60,513 bases of DNA from a virus (lineage: Duplodnaviria; Caudoviricetes): the IMG/VR virus record IMGVR_UViG_3300041973_000006, positions 1 to 60,513 of that record, one strand, 5' to 3'. Both the position numbers and the translations under genes were made by a program. Shown in pieces: positions 38,427-47,808 of the stretch (positions are counted from its first letter, which is position 1; every line of letters starts with the position of its first letter). The notes under the pieces are model-generated. The model searched no databases and was not told where the DNA came from. It saw only the letters and a program-made list of their open reading frames with translations.

Positions 38427-39002
38427 ATGATCAAACCGCCTGCAAGTTTATTAGCCCTTCTAATCTCGGCAGCATTGTCGTCATGCAGTTCATCTGCGCC
38501 ATCGAGCAACACATCTAATTCGGCAATCGCGTCACCTGAATTTACCGTACAGTCATCTCATCAGCCGGGTCAGCAGCCTACCCCTGCTTCCCTGCCTCCT
38601 GCTTACGATCCGCTAAACGATAGAAGTGAGGAAGGTATACGCCAAAATATTGAGGACACAAATAAGTCTATCACTTATGCGCACCTAAAAAAGAATGCTG
38701 AAAGATATCATGGAGAGCCATGGTCTTTCACTGGGAAGATCCAACAAATTTTTGAGTCTGATGGTAAGACAACTGCCCTGATTTCTCTTGACGATTGGGG
38801 TAGTAAACCGATCTGGGTTAGAGCAAACTTTACGACAGAATTCATAGAGAACAACCGGGTGTTCGTCGTCGGCTACCTCTCAGGCAATTACTCTTATACT
38901 TCAATAGCTGGCTGGAATATGACCGTACCTGCGCTTGACGCTCGTGCAATGTTAAAGCCTAACGAAGTAGCTAAGTACCGTTCGATAAAGAAAACCCGCT
39001 AA
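38427..39002 (+). CDS. AT-rich lipoprotein moron (OB-fold-like)
   Basis: Lipobox LSSC, Ser/Pro linker, FTGKIQQI..VVGYLSGNYSYTS..VPA. Confidence 0.75.
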   Translation: MIKPPASLLALLISAALSSCSSSAPSSNTSNSAIASPEFTVQSSHQPGQQPTPASLPPAYDPLNDRSEEGIRQNIEDTNKSITYAHLKKNAERYHGEPWSFTGKIQQIFESDGKTTALISLDDWGSKPIWVRANFTTEFIENNRVFVVGYLSGNYSYTSIAGWNMTVPALDARAMLKPNEVAKYRSIKKTR

Positions 39003-39046
39003 GTTGAGATGTGTCGCTCTCGAATGCTGTATTCTTCAATCTATCA

Positions 39047-39463
39047 CTTCCCTCACCTATAACGTTATGGCCCCGCGCTTCTCGCGCTCCAGCCGATTCA
39101 GGTAGGCGAAGACCTCCGCGGCCTCATCTTCCGTTCGCAGGGGGTAAGCGTCGTCCGCGTCACGGGCGGCAAGCATCCTGGCGGGGATGTCGGCATGTCT
39201 CGTCGTCTCCCAGTAGGCAAGGCGTTCGAGGTAGTAGTTGATGTGGGCTTGCTGGCGGTCGTTCATGGTTTGATGCGGCGGCCACGGCTACTAACGTAGC
39301 AGCGGGGTGGTCCAAGTTCCCCGCCTCCGCACCCTTACGAGATGCGGCACCCCACACGCACGAAGGCGTCGCGACTGCTAAAGATAGTAACACGCACTGG
39401 CTATTTTCTGAGTTACTTCATAAGGCGCGCCTCTCCGCTTCCCTTACCTATAACGTTATGGCC
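39047..39463. repeat. 26 bp direct repeat CTTCCCTYACCTATAACGTTATGGCC at 39047 and 39438
   Basis: One mismatch; each copy contains the dispersed palindrome; upstream of the ATPase-Rep pair. Confidence 0.85.
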
Positions 39464-39557
39464 AAGGCATCAGCCAGCCCTTTTCGCGGTCCGATTTGCC
39501 ACCCCCTCCCTAAAATGAATATTGAAATACATGGGCGGGTATGCTATACACCCGCTC

Positions 39558-40361
39558 ATGCTCCCTGAAACTCTCGTCACTCCGCCCTTCTCCATCAACC
39601 CGGATCCGAGTCTGCTGCACCTGACGCCCGGCCTTGAGGCCGCACTTCATAAGACGCGCTACGTGATTGAGCGCCGGCAGGGGCTGACGGCTATCCTCGG
39701 CGATGTGGGTCTCGGAAAATCTACCGTACTCAGGTACCTCTACCAGAGCTACGCCTCGCGTGACGATGCGTCGGTCGCCTTTATCCATACTCCGACGTTC
39801 AAGTCGGAGTTCGCCTTCCTGAAGGCGATCTGCTCTGAGTTCGGCCTGCCGGTCAGGCCCTCCCAGCAGCGGCAGGAATCGGAGTTGAATGACTTTCTGA
39901 TCTCGGAATATTCCGCTAACAGGCTCGTCGTCGTCTTCGTGGACGAGGCGCAGAAGCTGCCTGGCGCGCAGCTCGAACTCGTCCGCACGCTCCTCAATTT
40001 CGAGACGGGAAAGGTGAAGCTCATCCAGATCGTGCTTGCGGCGCAATTGGAGATTCGGCAGAAGCTCGCCGACCCGTCGAAAAAGGCGATCCGCTCAAGA
40101 ATCTTCGCCCCTTCCCTGCTGGAGCCGCTCACGCTTTCCGAGACGCAGGAGATGATCGAGTACCGCTGCCGGCGGTCCGGGATCGAGAATCCGTTTTCAC
40201 CGGATGCGGTTGAAGCTGTCTACCGATTGACCGGCGGCGTGCCGCGCGAGGTGCTGAAGACCTGCGCGATCGCCGTCGAGCTAACGGAGGCGCAAGGGCT
40301 GGAGCGTGTCCCGCCAGATCTAGTGGATAGCCTGCACGCGGAGGCAGTCTATGCGGAGTGA
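39558..40361 (+). CDS. ExeA/GspA-type AAA+ ATPase
   Basis: PFSINPDP, GDVGLGKST, VFVDEAQ, LEPLT..ET, TGGVPRE; start could be 39522 or 39531. Confidence 0.9.
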   Translation: MLPETLVTPPFSINPDPSLLHLTPGLEAALHKTRYVIERRQGLTAILGDVGLGKSTVLRYLYQSYASRDDASVAFIHTPTFKSEFAFLKAICSEFGLPVRPSQQRQESELNDFLISEYSANRLVVVFVDEAQKLPGAQLELVRTLLNFETGKVKLIQIVLAAQLEIRQKLADPSKKAIRSRIFAPSLLEPLTLSETQEMIEYRCRRSGIENPFSPDAVEAVYRLTGGVPREVLKTCAIAVELTEAQGLERVPPDLVDSLHAEAVYAE

Positions 40362-41388
40362 TCCCAACAAAAAGATCGTCAGCTTTAAGGATCTTTACGC
40401 CGCGCAACGTGCCCGCGAGGGGGCGAATTCTTCGCCTGAAACGGAGTCGAAGACGGGGCCGCCCACGCCTGTAGCGGCCTCGCCGCACCCCTATGTCCCT
40501 CTGCCCCCCTCTGATGGACAGACCCCCTCTGGGGGACATAGGGGTGCGGCGCCCGCAAGAGACTTCAACCGCAGAGCCAATTCGATTGAGCGCGACGTCC
40601 TGCCAGCCGGCAAATTCCCGGGCGCAAGCAAAAAGGTCTATGACGCGCTTTACCTGCGCACGCGCGGAGCCGTCAAGCCAACACGAGAGATTACGGCTAC
40701 CAAACGTCAGCTCGCTGAATGGTCGGGGGTCAAGAACAGAAAAACGATAGATGGCCACCTTCGCTATCTTGAAACCTGTGGCCTGCTGGTCCGGCAGTGG
40801 GACCTAGGAAGCAACGAGGGCTACACTTTCGAAGTGCTTCTGCCTGAAGAGACCTCTCTGGTGGACAGGGGGACAGAGGGGGACAGAGGGGCAGAGGGGA
40901 CAGACCAGAAAAGGGACAGAGGGACAGACCAGAAAAGGGACAGAGGGGGACAGAGTCAAACCTCTGATTTACAAGACACTTCCGACCTTCCTAAGACTTT
41001 TAAGACTAATAGAGAGAAAGATGATGATGAGCCTGCGGCGCGGCTGCTCGCGGCGCTGGCTCGGGCGGCCAGGGAGATCACCGGCAGGGAGCCGTCGTCG
41101 GCCGAAGCCGAGCGCTGGCAGGAACTGGGCGAGCTACTGGCCACCGAACTCAAGATCGCCGCCGGCCGCACCACCGTCAGTAGTGTCCCGGCCTTCCTGA
41201 CCGAGCACCTGCGGCGCCGCCTCTGGAAGAAAGAGAAGCGCCAGATTGAGGCCGAGCGCGCGGAGGCGCCGAAAGACGCCGTACCGCCCGTGGATGCCTC
41301 GCAGTGCCCGGATTGCTTCGGCACGGGGATGTGGTACCCAGAAGGCTATGACAAGGGGGTCGCTAAGTGCCGCCACGATCGACTGTGA
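40351..41388 (+). CDS. Plasmid-type HTH replication initiator candidate
   Basis: KKVYDALYLRTRG..LAEWSGVKNRKTIDGHLRYLETCGL wHTH; internal GGGACAGA repeats; C-terminal CPDC. Confidence 0.65.
   Translation: MRSDPNKKIVSFKDLYAAQRAREGANSSPETESKTGPPTPVAASPHPYVPLPPSDGQTPSGGHRGAAPARDFNRRANSIERDVLPAGKFPGASKKVYDALYLRTRGAVKPTREITATKRQLAEWSGVKNRKTIDGHLRYLETCGLLVRQWDLGSNEGYTFEVLLPEETSLVDRGTEGDRGAEGTDQKRDRGTDQKRDRGGQSQTSDLQDTSDLPKTFKTNREKDDDEPAARLLAALARAAREITGREPSSAEAERWQELGELLATELKIAAGRTTVSSVPAFLTEHLRRRLWKKEKRQIEAERAEAPKDAVPPVDASQCPDCFGTGMWYPEGYDKGVAKCRHDRL
40863..40955. repeat. Iteron-like GGACAG array with 24 bp tandem duplication (40897-40944)
   Basis: Eight GGACAG cores read directly. Confidence 0.75.
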
Positions 41389-41398
41389 CTCAAGAGGG

Positions 41399-41507
41399 TT
41401 GACGCCCCATCGCTTGCGTCGTATTCTGTGAGGGGCAAGACCTAATCCTTGTGGGGGGTAGGCAACAAAGACGCTCGGTTTCATCAGTACCGGGCGTCTT
41501 TGCTTTT
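41399..41507 (+). ncRNA. Candidate ~75 nt sRNA (promoter plus intrinsic terminator, no ORF)
   Basis: TTGACG-17 bp-TATTCT then CAAAGACGCTCGGT..ACCGGGCGTCTTTG-CTTTT. Confidence 0.5.
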
Positions 41508-41758
41508 GTCGTCACCCGGAACTCTGACCCGTGCGGCCGCTAAGGTGCGCCTGATGTGAAGTCGCCGCCATACGCTAACTTCTCATTTCAAAAGATGTTC
41601 CTCATTTAAGATTTTCACCATGCGATAGCGTGAACTCGCTATTTCCTGGCCGACGTGCCCGCAAACACCTTAGTTGTGAACTCGCGCCAAAATAATCTCA
41701 ACATACTTTCCGGTTTTCCGCCTCTCGGGCCATTGATAGGTGTAGGAGGACGGGAAAG

Positions 41759-41971
41759 ATGATTGACGAATACGGCGAACCTGAAATCTATGACACGGGC
41801 GAGCAAGTAGTAATTCTCTGGACGGTCTACGAGAGAGACACCGCCGCGGAGGAGCGCATCGTGCGGCGCGGGGTGGAGATCGCCAGTCGATTGCTCGCGA
41901 AAAGGGCTAGCCAGCCCCGAGGCGACGTTCAAGCGCCTCCAGGATCAGCCGCAGAGGGACGGGATTCTTAA
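41759..41971 (+). CDS. Small hypothetical protein
   Basis: AGGAGG upstream; converges on the HTH gene. Confidence 0.4.
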   Translation: MIDEYGEPEIYDTGEQVVILWTVYERDTAAEERIVRRGVEIASRLLAKRASQPRGDVQAPPGSAAEGRDS

Positions 41972-42125
41972 TCTCTTTGCGCCCGGACTCCAACAGGGAG
42001 ATGTAGGTTTGCGTGTAACCCAGCAGCGGACCTAATTGCACCTGGCTCAGCCCGAGCGCCTCCCGTCGGCGGCGCAACTCGGCACCGGGCATTTTTCGCG
42101 ATAGAGTACTGAGTCCCGGTATCAT
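41907..42125 (-). CDS. XRE-family HTH protein
   Basis: LRRRREALGLSQVQLG.LLGYTQTYISLLESG. Confidence 0.85.
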   Translation of the reverse strand: MIPGLSTLSRKMPGAELRRRREALGLSQVQLGPLLGYTQTYISLLESGRKEIKNPVPLRLILEALERRLGAG

Positions 42126-42943
42126 TTACCTGCCCTCACCAACTTTTTGAGCGCCGATATAGTCCCCACGCTGACCTGATACTTCTTTGATAGCTGCGCT
42201 CCGGGTTTGCCCTGACGTAATTCGAGCAGGATCGCCGATTTGGTGCCAGCATCAATCCCCTTGTGCCTGCCGGTCGATTTGCCGAGGGTCAGGTGGCCGG
42301 CAGCCACGCAGTCCGCATTCCCGCACGTCGTCAGCACGTCTCTGTCGGGGATCAGCGCGGGCGCGCCGCCACCGGGCGCCGCCTCACGCGTCGGCGCCTG
42401 TCCCGCGTGCTCCGGGCACAAATCCAGCTTACCCCTCTTGCGCCGGCACGCGCGACAGAGTCGGCGCGAGCACGTCGCCTTGCCCGTCCCCTCACAGCCG
42501 TCGTCTCCGGAGCAGGGGCGCTCCTCGACGATAGTCCCGCGAAAGCTCACCGGCTCAAGGGCCTTGCCTGTGCCTTTACATTTTTTGCAGGGGGCGCCCG
42601 TCGGTTGGTCGCAGAGGTATTCGCTCTTCCTTGAGCGGCAGACCTGGCAGCGCGGCCCCGAGCCGCGGCGACCGTAGCAGATAATTCCGTGAGAAACCTG
42701 ACCGGTCTCGCGGTTGGTGATACTGAAGCCGTGATCCCCCTGCTGGTGGTAGTCGAAACTGGTCAGGCGCGCGTCGGTGTAAATCTCCAGCGCTTCCTCC
42801 CTGAGGATTTCACCTGTGAGCTTGCGCCTGATGAGGTAGCCGTGCTCCTCCATCGCGGTGATGTAGCGCGTGGCGACCTCCTCAGGCGTCCCGCCGTCGG
42901 CCTCGGCCTGTTTCCAGAGCTGGTAGGGGAGTGGGCGGGTCAA
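42122..42943 (-). CDS. Cys-rich zinc-finger protein with C-terminal HTH
   Basis: CxxC and DnaJ-like CKKCKGTG motifs; GAQLSKKYQVSVGTIS. Confidence 0.6.
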   Translation of the reverse strand: MTRPLPYQLWKQAEADGGTPEEVATRYITAMEEHGYLIRRKLTGEILREEALEIYTDARLTSFDYHQQGDHGFSITNRETGQVSHGIICYGRRGSGPRCQVCRSRKSEYLCDQPTGAPCKKCKGTGKALEPVSFRGTIVEERPCSGDDGCEGTGKATCSRRLCRACRRKRGKLDLCPEHAGQAPTREAAPGGGAPALIPDRDVLTTCGNADCVAAGHLTLGKSTGRHKGIDAGTKSAILLELRQGKPGAQLSKKYQVSVGTISALKKLVRAGK

Positions 42944-43620
42944 TACTCTGTGGTGGCGAAGAAGCTGGGGAAAGTCGCGCCGGCCTGCTTCATGCGTTCA
43001 AGTTGCTGGCGAAAAGAAATAGGGCAGTCGGTGTCCTCCTGTCCTCTATCTCCGCTGGGGCATGGGTCGGACAAGTCGTGACTGTGGTGGAACATGAGCC
43101 GGTCGAGATCTGCGTCTGTGAGCTCCTCCGGCTCGAAACCCGGATTGTCTTTGCGCGCCTCCTCTACACCGTGAGGCGTAGTGGTGTCGTACCCCATGAA
43201 TTCGGCGAAGCCGCGCCACGCATCTTCGAGGTTGGCTGCTGCAATCCAGGTGCAGTCGTCCATGTTGAATACTTTGATTGAGATTTGCAGGCGCGCGCCT
43301 TCAGGTAGCTCCAGACTTTTCAGATAGTCGAGCGTGGCAGCGCCCGCGACGTACAGATCAATCGTGCAGTACCAGCCCGGCTTGGCTATGAGTTCTTCGG
43401 GAACAAACGCGCTGCGCTCCGAAGGTGACTCAGGATGCTGCGGGCTGCGGATGTAACCCACCAGGTCCTGCCTAAAGCATTGGCCCGTGTCGAGCACCCA
43501 GGCTTTAGCGGTGTAGTAGCAGCGTAGGGCGTGCTCGTAATCACCCTCTGAGAAAAGCACCTGCGCGTCCGGCTTCCGGCGCTCGACCTCAAGGCCGGGG
43601 TTCCAAGTAGTAGCTTGCAT
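42940..43620 (-). CDS. Hypothetical phage protein
   Basis: Purine-rich RBS before ATG 43620. Confidence 0.55.
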   Translation of the reverse strand: MQATTWNPGLEVERRKPDAQVLFSEGDYEHALRCYYTAKAWVLDTGQCFRQDLVGYIRSPQHPESPSERSAFVPEELIAKPGWYCTIDLYVAGAATLDYLKSLELPEGARLQISIKVFNMDDCTWIAAANLEDAWRGFAEFMGYDTTTPHGVEEARKDNPGFEPEELTDADLDRLMFHHSHDLSDPCPSGDRGQEDTDCPISFRQQLERMKQAGATFPSFFATTEY

Positions 43621-43810
43621 CTTCCTTTTCTCCCCTCTACGCCTCATCACGCTTACGCACGATGGCGAGGCGAATATTGTGATACGCCGACCAGTTCTCA
43701 GCGGCCTTTGCGATCCGTGCGAGGTGGCGCAGTTCCTTGTCTGAGAGCTTGCGCAACGCCTCCCATGACAGCGGCGCAGCCGGCGCTTTCTCTTTTGTTT
43801 CGTCGGCCAT

Positions 43811-44023
43811 TCAACTGACAACGAACTCGATTAGCACTAGCGCCACCAGCACGGCCGCCAGGAAGAGCGCGGCCGTGCACCAGAACATGGCCGCACGCCG
43901 CCAGCGCGCTGCCTCCCACCTCGCGTCGCCGAGGTCATCGTTGAGCACCTCGGGCCACGGCATGCGCTCGACCTCCATGCGGATGCGATTGGGAAACGCA
44001 GGGCGTTCGGTTGCATGGCTCAT
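43811..44023 (-). CDS. Small membrane protein
   Basis: C-terminal TM; ATGA coupling. Confidence 0.5.
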   Translation of the reverse strand: MSHATERPAFPNRIRMEVERMPWPEVLNDDLGDARWEAARWRRAAMFWCTAALFLAAVLVALVLIEFVVS

Positions 44024-44430
44024 TTGGCTCCTCCCCGTCGGCGCCGCTCTAATGCGCTGAGGGCATCAAGTTGGCTGCGAACCAGCCGCATCTCAGATTC
44101 AAACGCCTCGAACATTGTCCGCGCACTGGGCGGCAGCGACCCCGGTGTGAGCGCCGCGACGAATGCCCCGCCCGTGCGCAGCAGATCTTCGAGCTTCCTA
44201 CGGAAGCGCCCGGCCAGAATCTGAGGGGGTGGCAACACGTTAGGAGGTTCGTCGATGGGCGTCATCTTCGGCTCGACGGCCGCCGCGGCTTCGCGGAAGG
44301 CCTCGGCTATCTGAAGGCGCTGATCATCCGTGAGCATGCCGGCGAGCGTCTCAATGCGCCCGACGTTACCCGCGAGAAAGTAGGAGAAGATCGCTTGGGC
44401 ATCCCGGCTCAACATAGCTGGAAGTTTCAT
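44020..44430 (-). CDS. Hypothetical protein
   Basis: Coupled to neighbours. Confidence 0.55.
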   Translation of the reverse strand: MKLPAMLSRDAQAIFSYFLAGNVGRIETLAGMLTDDQRLQIAEAFREAAAAVEPKMTPIDEPPNVLPPPQILAGRFRRKLEDLLRTGGAFVAALTPGSLPPSARTMFEAFESEMRLVRSQLDALSALERRRRGGAK

Positions 44431-44654
44431 TAAATAAACTCCTGTAGCCTGCGCCGTGCGAGCGCGCTGCGCAGTTTCTTCATGGCGCTCTTCTCAAGAA
44501 GATAGATATAGGCCTTGGAGCAGCCGCACGCCCTCGCGATCTCTCCTTGTGACAGCGTCACGCCGCGCGGCGTGCGGGCCAGCAGCATGGCGAGCTCGGC
44601 GTCGATGCTGCCGTCCTCCTCCGGCCGGAACGGTCTAGGCTGACTTCCCGCCAT
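44430..44654 (-). CDS. Sigma70 region-4-like HTH protein
   Basis: TLSQGEIARACGCSKAYIYLLEKSAMKKLR. Confidence 0.75.
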   Translation of the reverse strand: MAGSQPRPFRPEEDGSIDAELAMLLARTPRGVTLSQGEIARACGCSKAYIYLLEKSAMKKLRSALARRRLQEFI

Positions 44655-44659
44655 GGCCG

Positions 44660-44887
44660 TTAGGCTTGCCCCTCCATCAGGGTGAAAACCTTGGTGGGCA
44701 GGCCGAACCGATTGCCGCACTTGCTACAGTGGACCGCCCGCGCGCCGGTCCCGACCCGCCGCACGTCTGTTTTGTCCCACCCTGTAGAAGGCGCGTAGTG
44801 CGGCGAAGGCTGTTCGGTGTGGCACTCCGGACAGGCGACTTTGACAATTACGTCCGCGACTTCAATTTCTGCTTTTTTAACCGGCAT
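44660..44887 (-). CDS. Zinc-ribbon protein
   Basis: CPEC..CSKC; GAGGAG RBS. Confidence 0.6.
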   Translation of the reverse strand: MPVKKAEIEVADVIVKVACPECHTEQPSPHYAPSTGWDKTDVRRVGTGARAVHCSKCGNRFGLPTKVFTLMEGQA

Positions 44888-44898
44888 GACGACTCCTC

Positions 44899-45873
44899 TT
44901 AAATTGCGGTCGCTCCAGCCCTCTCGGTGACGTTGGCAGCCACCGGTGACACCGCGGGAGGCTGGCCCATGACGTAGCTGACGGGCTTACCGATCACGCG
45001 CGCAACCTCATCGGGCGTGGCGTAGGTCGAGCGCATCGACCTCGCCGCCGTAGATAGCTCGGTTGCGAAGCACTTCAAATCGCGCGTCACCAAAAGCTGC
45101 GTCAGCGTGGTCGCGCCCTCGATGGCGACGCGCGCACCGACGTGCAGCGCAGCCTGGCCTCGTATAGCCATCTCGGCGCAGGAGAGGTTCGAGTCGTCGA
45201 ACTCCTCTGGCCGGGGCGTCAGCAGGTCGCGGAACTGGAGGGCGGGACTGGGGAGCGCAAGGCAGGTCTGCGAATCGGGGAAGGCGCCGCGCAGGTCCTC
45301 GAAGCTGTGGGCGTTGCCTAAGAGCACGCGGCCGACGTGTCCCGTTTTGCCTGAGCCGTTCGAGCAGTCGAGATACCAGAACTGAAGTGCGGAGCCCTGG
45401 TTCGATTCGAGCACGTCGTGGAGCTTCTGACGGGCGCGCGCATTATCCACGCCGCCGACGAGCACGGTGATGTCGCAGCCTATGATGAGCGACTCGTCGA
45501 ACTCGCCGACGACGTAGGAGCAGTTGATGCCCCACGCCTGACCGTAGCGACGAGCGAGCGCCGCCGCTTTCGGCACTCCGATCTCGGCGTCGCAGAAGTT
45601 CTGGCCGGCCTCGACGTTCTTCTCCTCGACGATGTCGGGGTCGCAGAGCGTGAGGTGGACGCCCTTGTGCAGGCGGTAGATGGCGCGCATCGTCCGCCCG
45701 ATGTGCTGCGCCAGATGAGAGCCGCCGCCGCCGAGACCGACGAGGATGATTTGACAGCGCTGCCACTCGCGCGTGCGGACGGTCGCGGCGCGCAGGTATG
45801 ACGTGTCAACGGTGGTGATGACTTCCGGCTTCTGAATTTCTATGCGGCGGAAGCCCTTCTTATTTTTTGGCAT
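44899..45873 (-). CDS. ThiF/E1-like ubiquitin-activating enzyme (PRTRC-type)
   Basis: LVGLGGGGS, DPDIVEEKNV..QNF..EIGVPKA, VDNARAR, WYLDCSN, LPSP, SCAE. Confidence 0.9.
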   Translation of the reverse strand: MPKNKKGFRRIEIQKPEVITTVDTSYLRAATVRTREWQRCQIILVGLGGGGSHLAQHIGRTMRAIYRLHKGVHLTLCDPDIVEEKNVEAGQNFCDAEIGVPKAAALARRYGQAWGINCSYVVGEFDESLIIGCDITVLVGGVDNARARQKLHDVLESNQGSALQFWYLDCSNGSGKTGHVGRVLLGNAHSFEDLRGAFPDSQTCLALPSPALQFRDLLTPRPEEFDDSNLSCAEMAIRGQAALHVGARVAIEGATTLTQLLVTRDLKCFATELSTAARSMRSTYATPDEVARVIGKPVSYVMGQPPAVSPVAANVTERAGATAI

Positions 45874-45893
45874 GATGACCTCGAAAAGTAGCG

Positions 45894-46115
45894 TTACTTT
45901 GGAGCGGGCGCTTTGAGCAGGACGCCTCTGGCTATGTTGTATTCCTGTACGTAGCCGGCCAGCGCATCACGCTGTTGCTGGAACTCTTCCACCAATTCAT
46001 CAACAGCCTCGATAACTTCGTCGGCCAAAGGCTCTTCGGAAAAATCGTGGTCTTTGAGGTGGCGGATAATCCAATCGAACGCCTTGAGCTTGTTTTCGGC
46101 TGACTCCACACTCAT
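45894..46115 (-). CDS. Small acidic helical protein between E2 and E1
   Basis: ATGA coupling to the E2 gene. Confidence 0.55.
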   Translation of the reverse strand: MSVESAENKLKAFDWIIRHLKDHDFSEEPLADEVIEAVDELVEEFQQQRDALAGYVQEYNIARGVLLKAPAPK

Positions 46116-46843
46116 CCCGGCATCACCCCCGTCTCGAAGAATCCCTCTATCGCCTTGTTGAGCGTCGTCCCATGCTCGGCGTCCTGCCTCCGCAGGTCGT
46201 CGGCCGGGTACGCCTCGCCGCTCGCCGCGAGCGCCCGGAGCAGCCGTCGGCAGTCGTCCGGCTCGCGCTTCGATTTAGCGTTCACGACGTGGTTGTTGAA
46301 GGTCGTCCGGTACGCGAAGAGCGCCCACGCCTCGCCGATGCCTTTCCCTGTCGCCTGCGGCTGCTTCGAGAGGCCCCAGCAGACCGAGCCGTCCTGCATG
46401 ACGTTCGGCAGGGGCGCTCGATAGAGTTCCTGCCCCGGATCGAGGTGCGGCGTCTTCACGGCGAAGGCGAAGTACTGCGTGCCGAAGCCGCACCAGACCA
46501 TGCCGGGCAGCGGAGCGTTCACGCGCGAGGTCACTTCCTCGGGCGTGCCGTCGTGCTCGGTCAACTCAAGGTTGTGGACGGCGGGCGGCAGGTACATCAC
46601 CGCCCACTCGACGCCGCGAAAGACGCCCCAGCGCACGACGCCTCCGCAGTGGAGGTTCGGCGCGAGCCACCCCGTATCCACAGGGATACCGGTGAAGGCT
46701 TCGCGCACGGCGGCCGCTGAGCGGAACTGCTCGATGACCTGACCCTGCTCGCCGACGGCGCGGAAGAGAAACTGCCCGTTGGCGATCTCTATCGTGGGGT
46801 TGGCGTGGCCGTTTTGAGTGAGTTTCATGCCTGGTGCGTTCAC
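46112..46843 (-). CDS. Prokaryotic E2 family D protein (PRTRC protein B-like)
   Basis: PLPGMVW..FAFAVK..LYRAPLPNVMQDGSVCWG..TTFN.H. Confidence 0.85.
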   Translation of the reverse strand: MNAPGMKLTQNGHANPTIEIANGQFLFRAVGEQGQVIEQFRSAAAVREAFTGIPVDTGWLAPNLHCGGVVRWGVFRGVEWAVMYLPPAVHNLELTEHDGTPEEVTSRVNAPLPGMVWCGFGTQYFAFAVKTPHLDPGQELYRAPLPNVMQDGSVCWGLSKQPQATGKGIGEAWALFAYRTTFNNHVVNAKSKREPDDCRRLLRALAASGEAYPADDLRRQDAEHGTTLNKAIEGFFETGVMPG

Positions 46844-47808
46844 AGTCTTTCCTCCATCTGTGCGTACAGTTCGGGCAGTTCGGGAATGACGAAGAACTCG
46901 CCGTCGGGGCCGACTGTATCCGGGTGCGGCGACTGGGCCTCTATCTCCGCAGCGGCGTTCCACATCGCCACAGCCGTCCCGACGTGCAGCCGCGGCGCTG
47001 CATCCAGCCATTCCTCACAGGCCGCGACCGCCGCGAGGACCTCGCTCGCGCGCTGGCGCGCGACGAGCAGCTTCGCCACGTTCTGCCCGGTCCATTCGAG
47101 CCCGAACGTGCCGCCCGGCACGTCGAGGTAGACGCTTCCCGTGCTGTAGTTGGTCAGCTCGAATGCGAGCGGCAGATACTGAAGCGCCGAGCCCGAGACC
47201 GCGCAGGAGTACTTAAAGAGTTGCCAGCCGACGGCGCAGAGCGGCGGCGCCGGCCGAAGCGCTGATAGCTCAGGGCCGAGGTCGTGCAGCGCCGCGAACT
47301 CGCGCCAGCCGTAGCCGCCCGTGAGCGTCCAGGCGCGCCCCGAGAGAACCTGCGCGAGCTGGCAGGCCGTGCCAATCCGTCGGAAGTCGAACGCACCCTG
47401 TCGCCAGTCGTGCGCCTGCATGCTCTCGACGGTGATGCCGGGCATGAAGAAGGTCGGCGCCTTGCGAATCGCGTCCTCTACGTCGCCGAGCGGGAAGAGG
47501 TGACGGTTGACGAGGACATAAAACTCCTGCTCGCGGGCGAGCGAGTAGAGCGGCGCCTGCGAGGCGGCGTACTGGCGGGGGAAGAGCGTGCGGTAGAGGT
47601 CGCAGACGCGCACGGCCACGTCGAGGCGCTCTTCGTATGTGTCGCGCGACCAGAGGGCGTTCATCTCAAGGTACTCGGCGGCGCCCATCGGCGTGCGCGC
47701 ACGCAGACGGCCGGCGAGGTACTTCGTCGCGCGGTCGAGGTCGAGCAGGCTGCGGTCGGCGAGGAGCGCGGGCGCGAGGTCGTGTTGCTGGATTGTGAGC
47801 GCGGTCAT
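46840..47808 (-). CDS. PRTRC-associated protein (protein F position)
   Basis: Directly upstream of and coupled to E2; STGSVYLD motif. Confidence 0.5.
   Translation of the reverse strand: MTALTIQQHDLAPALLADRSLLDLDRATKYLAGRLRARTPMGAAEYLEMNALWSRDTYEERLDVAVRVCDLYRTLFPRQYAASQAPLYSLAREQEFYVLVNRHLFPLGDVEDAIRKAPTFFMPGITVESMQAHDWRQGAFDFRRIGTACQLAQVLSGRAWTLTGGYGWREFAALHDLGPELSALRPAPPLCAVGWQLFKYSCAVSGSALQYLPLAFELTNYSTGSVYLDVPGGTFGLEWTGQNVAKLLVARQRASEVLAAVAACEEWLDAAPRLHVGTAVAMWNAAAEIEAQSPHPDTVGPDGEFFVIPELPELYAQMEERL

Noticed and set aside
39558-40361. Type II secretion system or MuB/TniB transposition module
   Set aside because: No secretion genes and no DDE transposase recognised nearby
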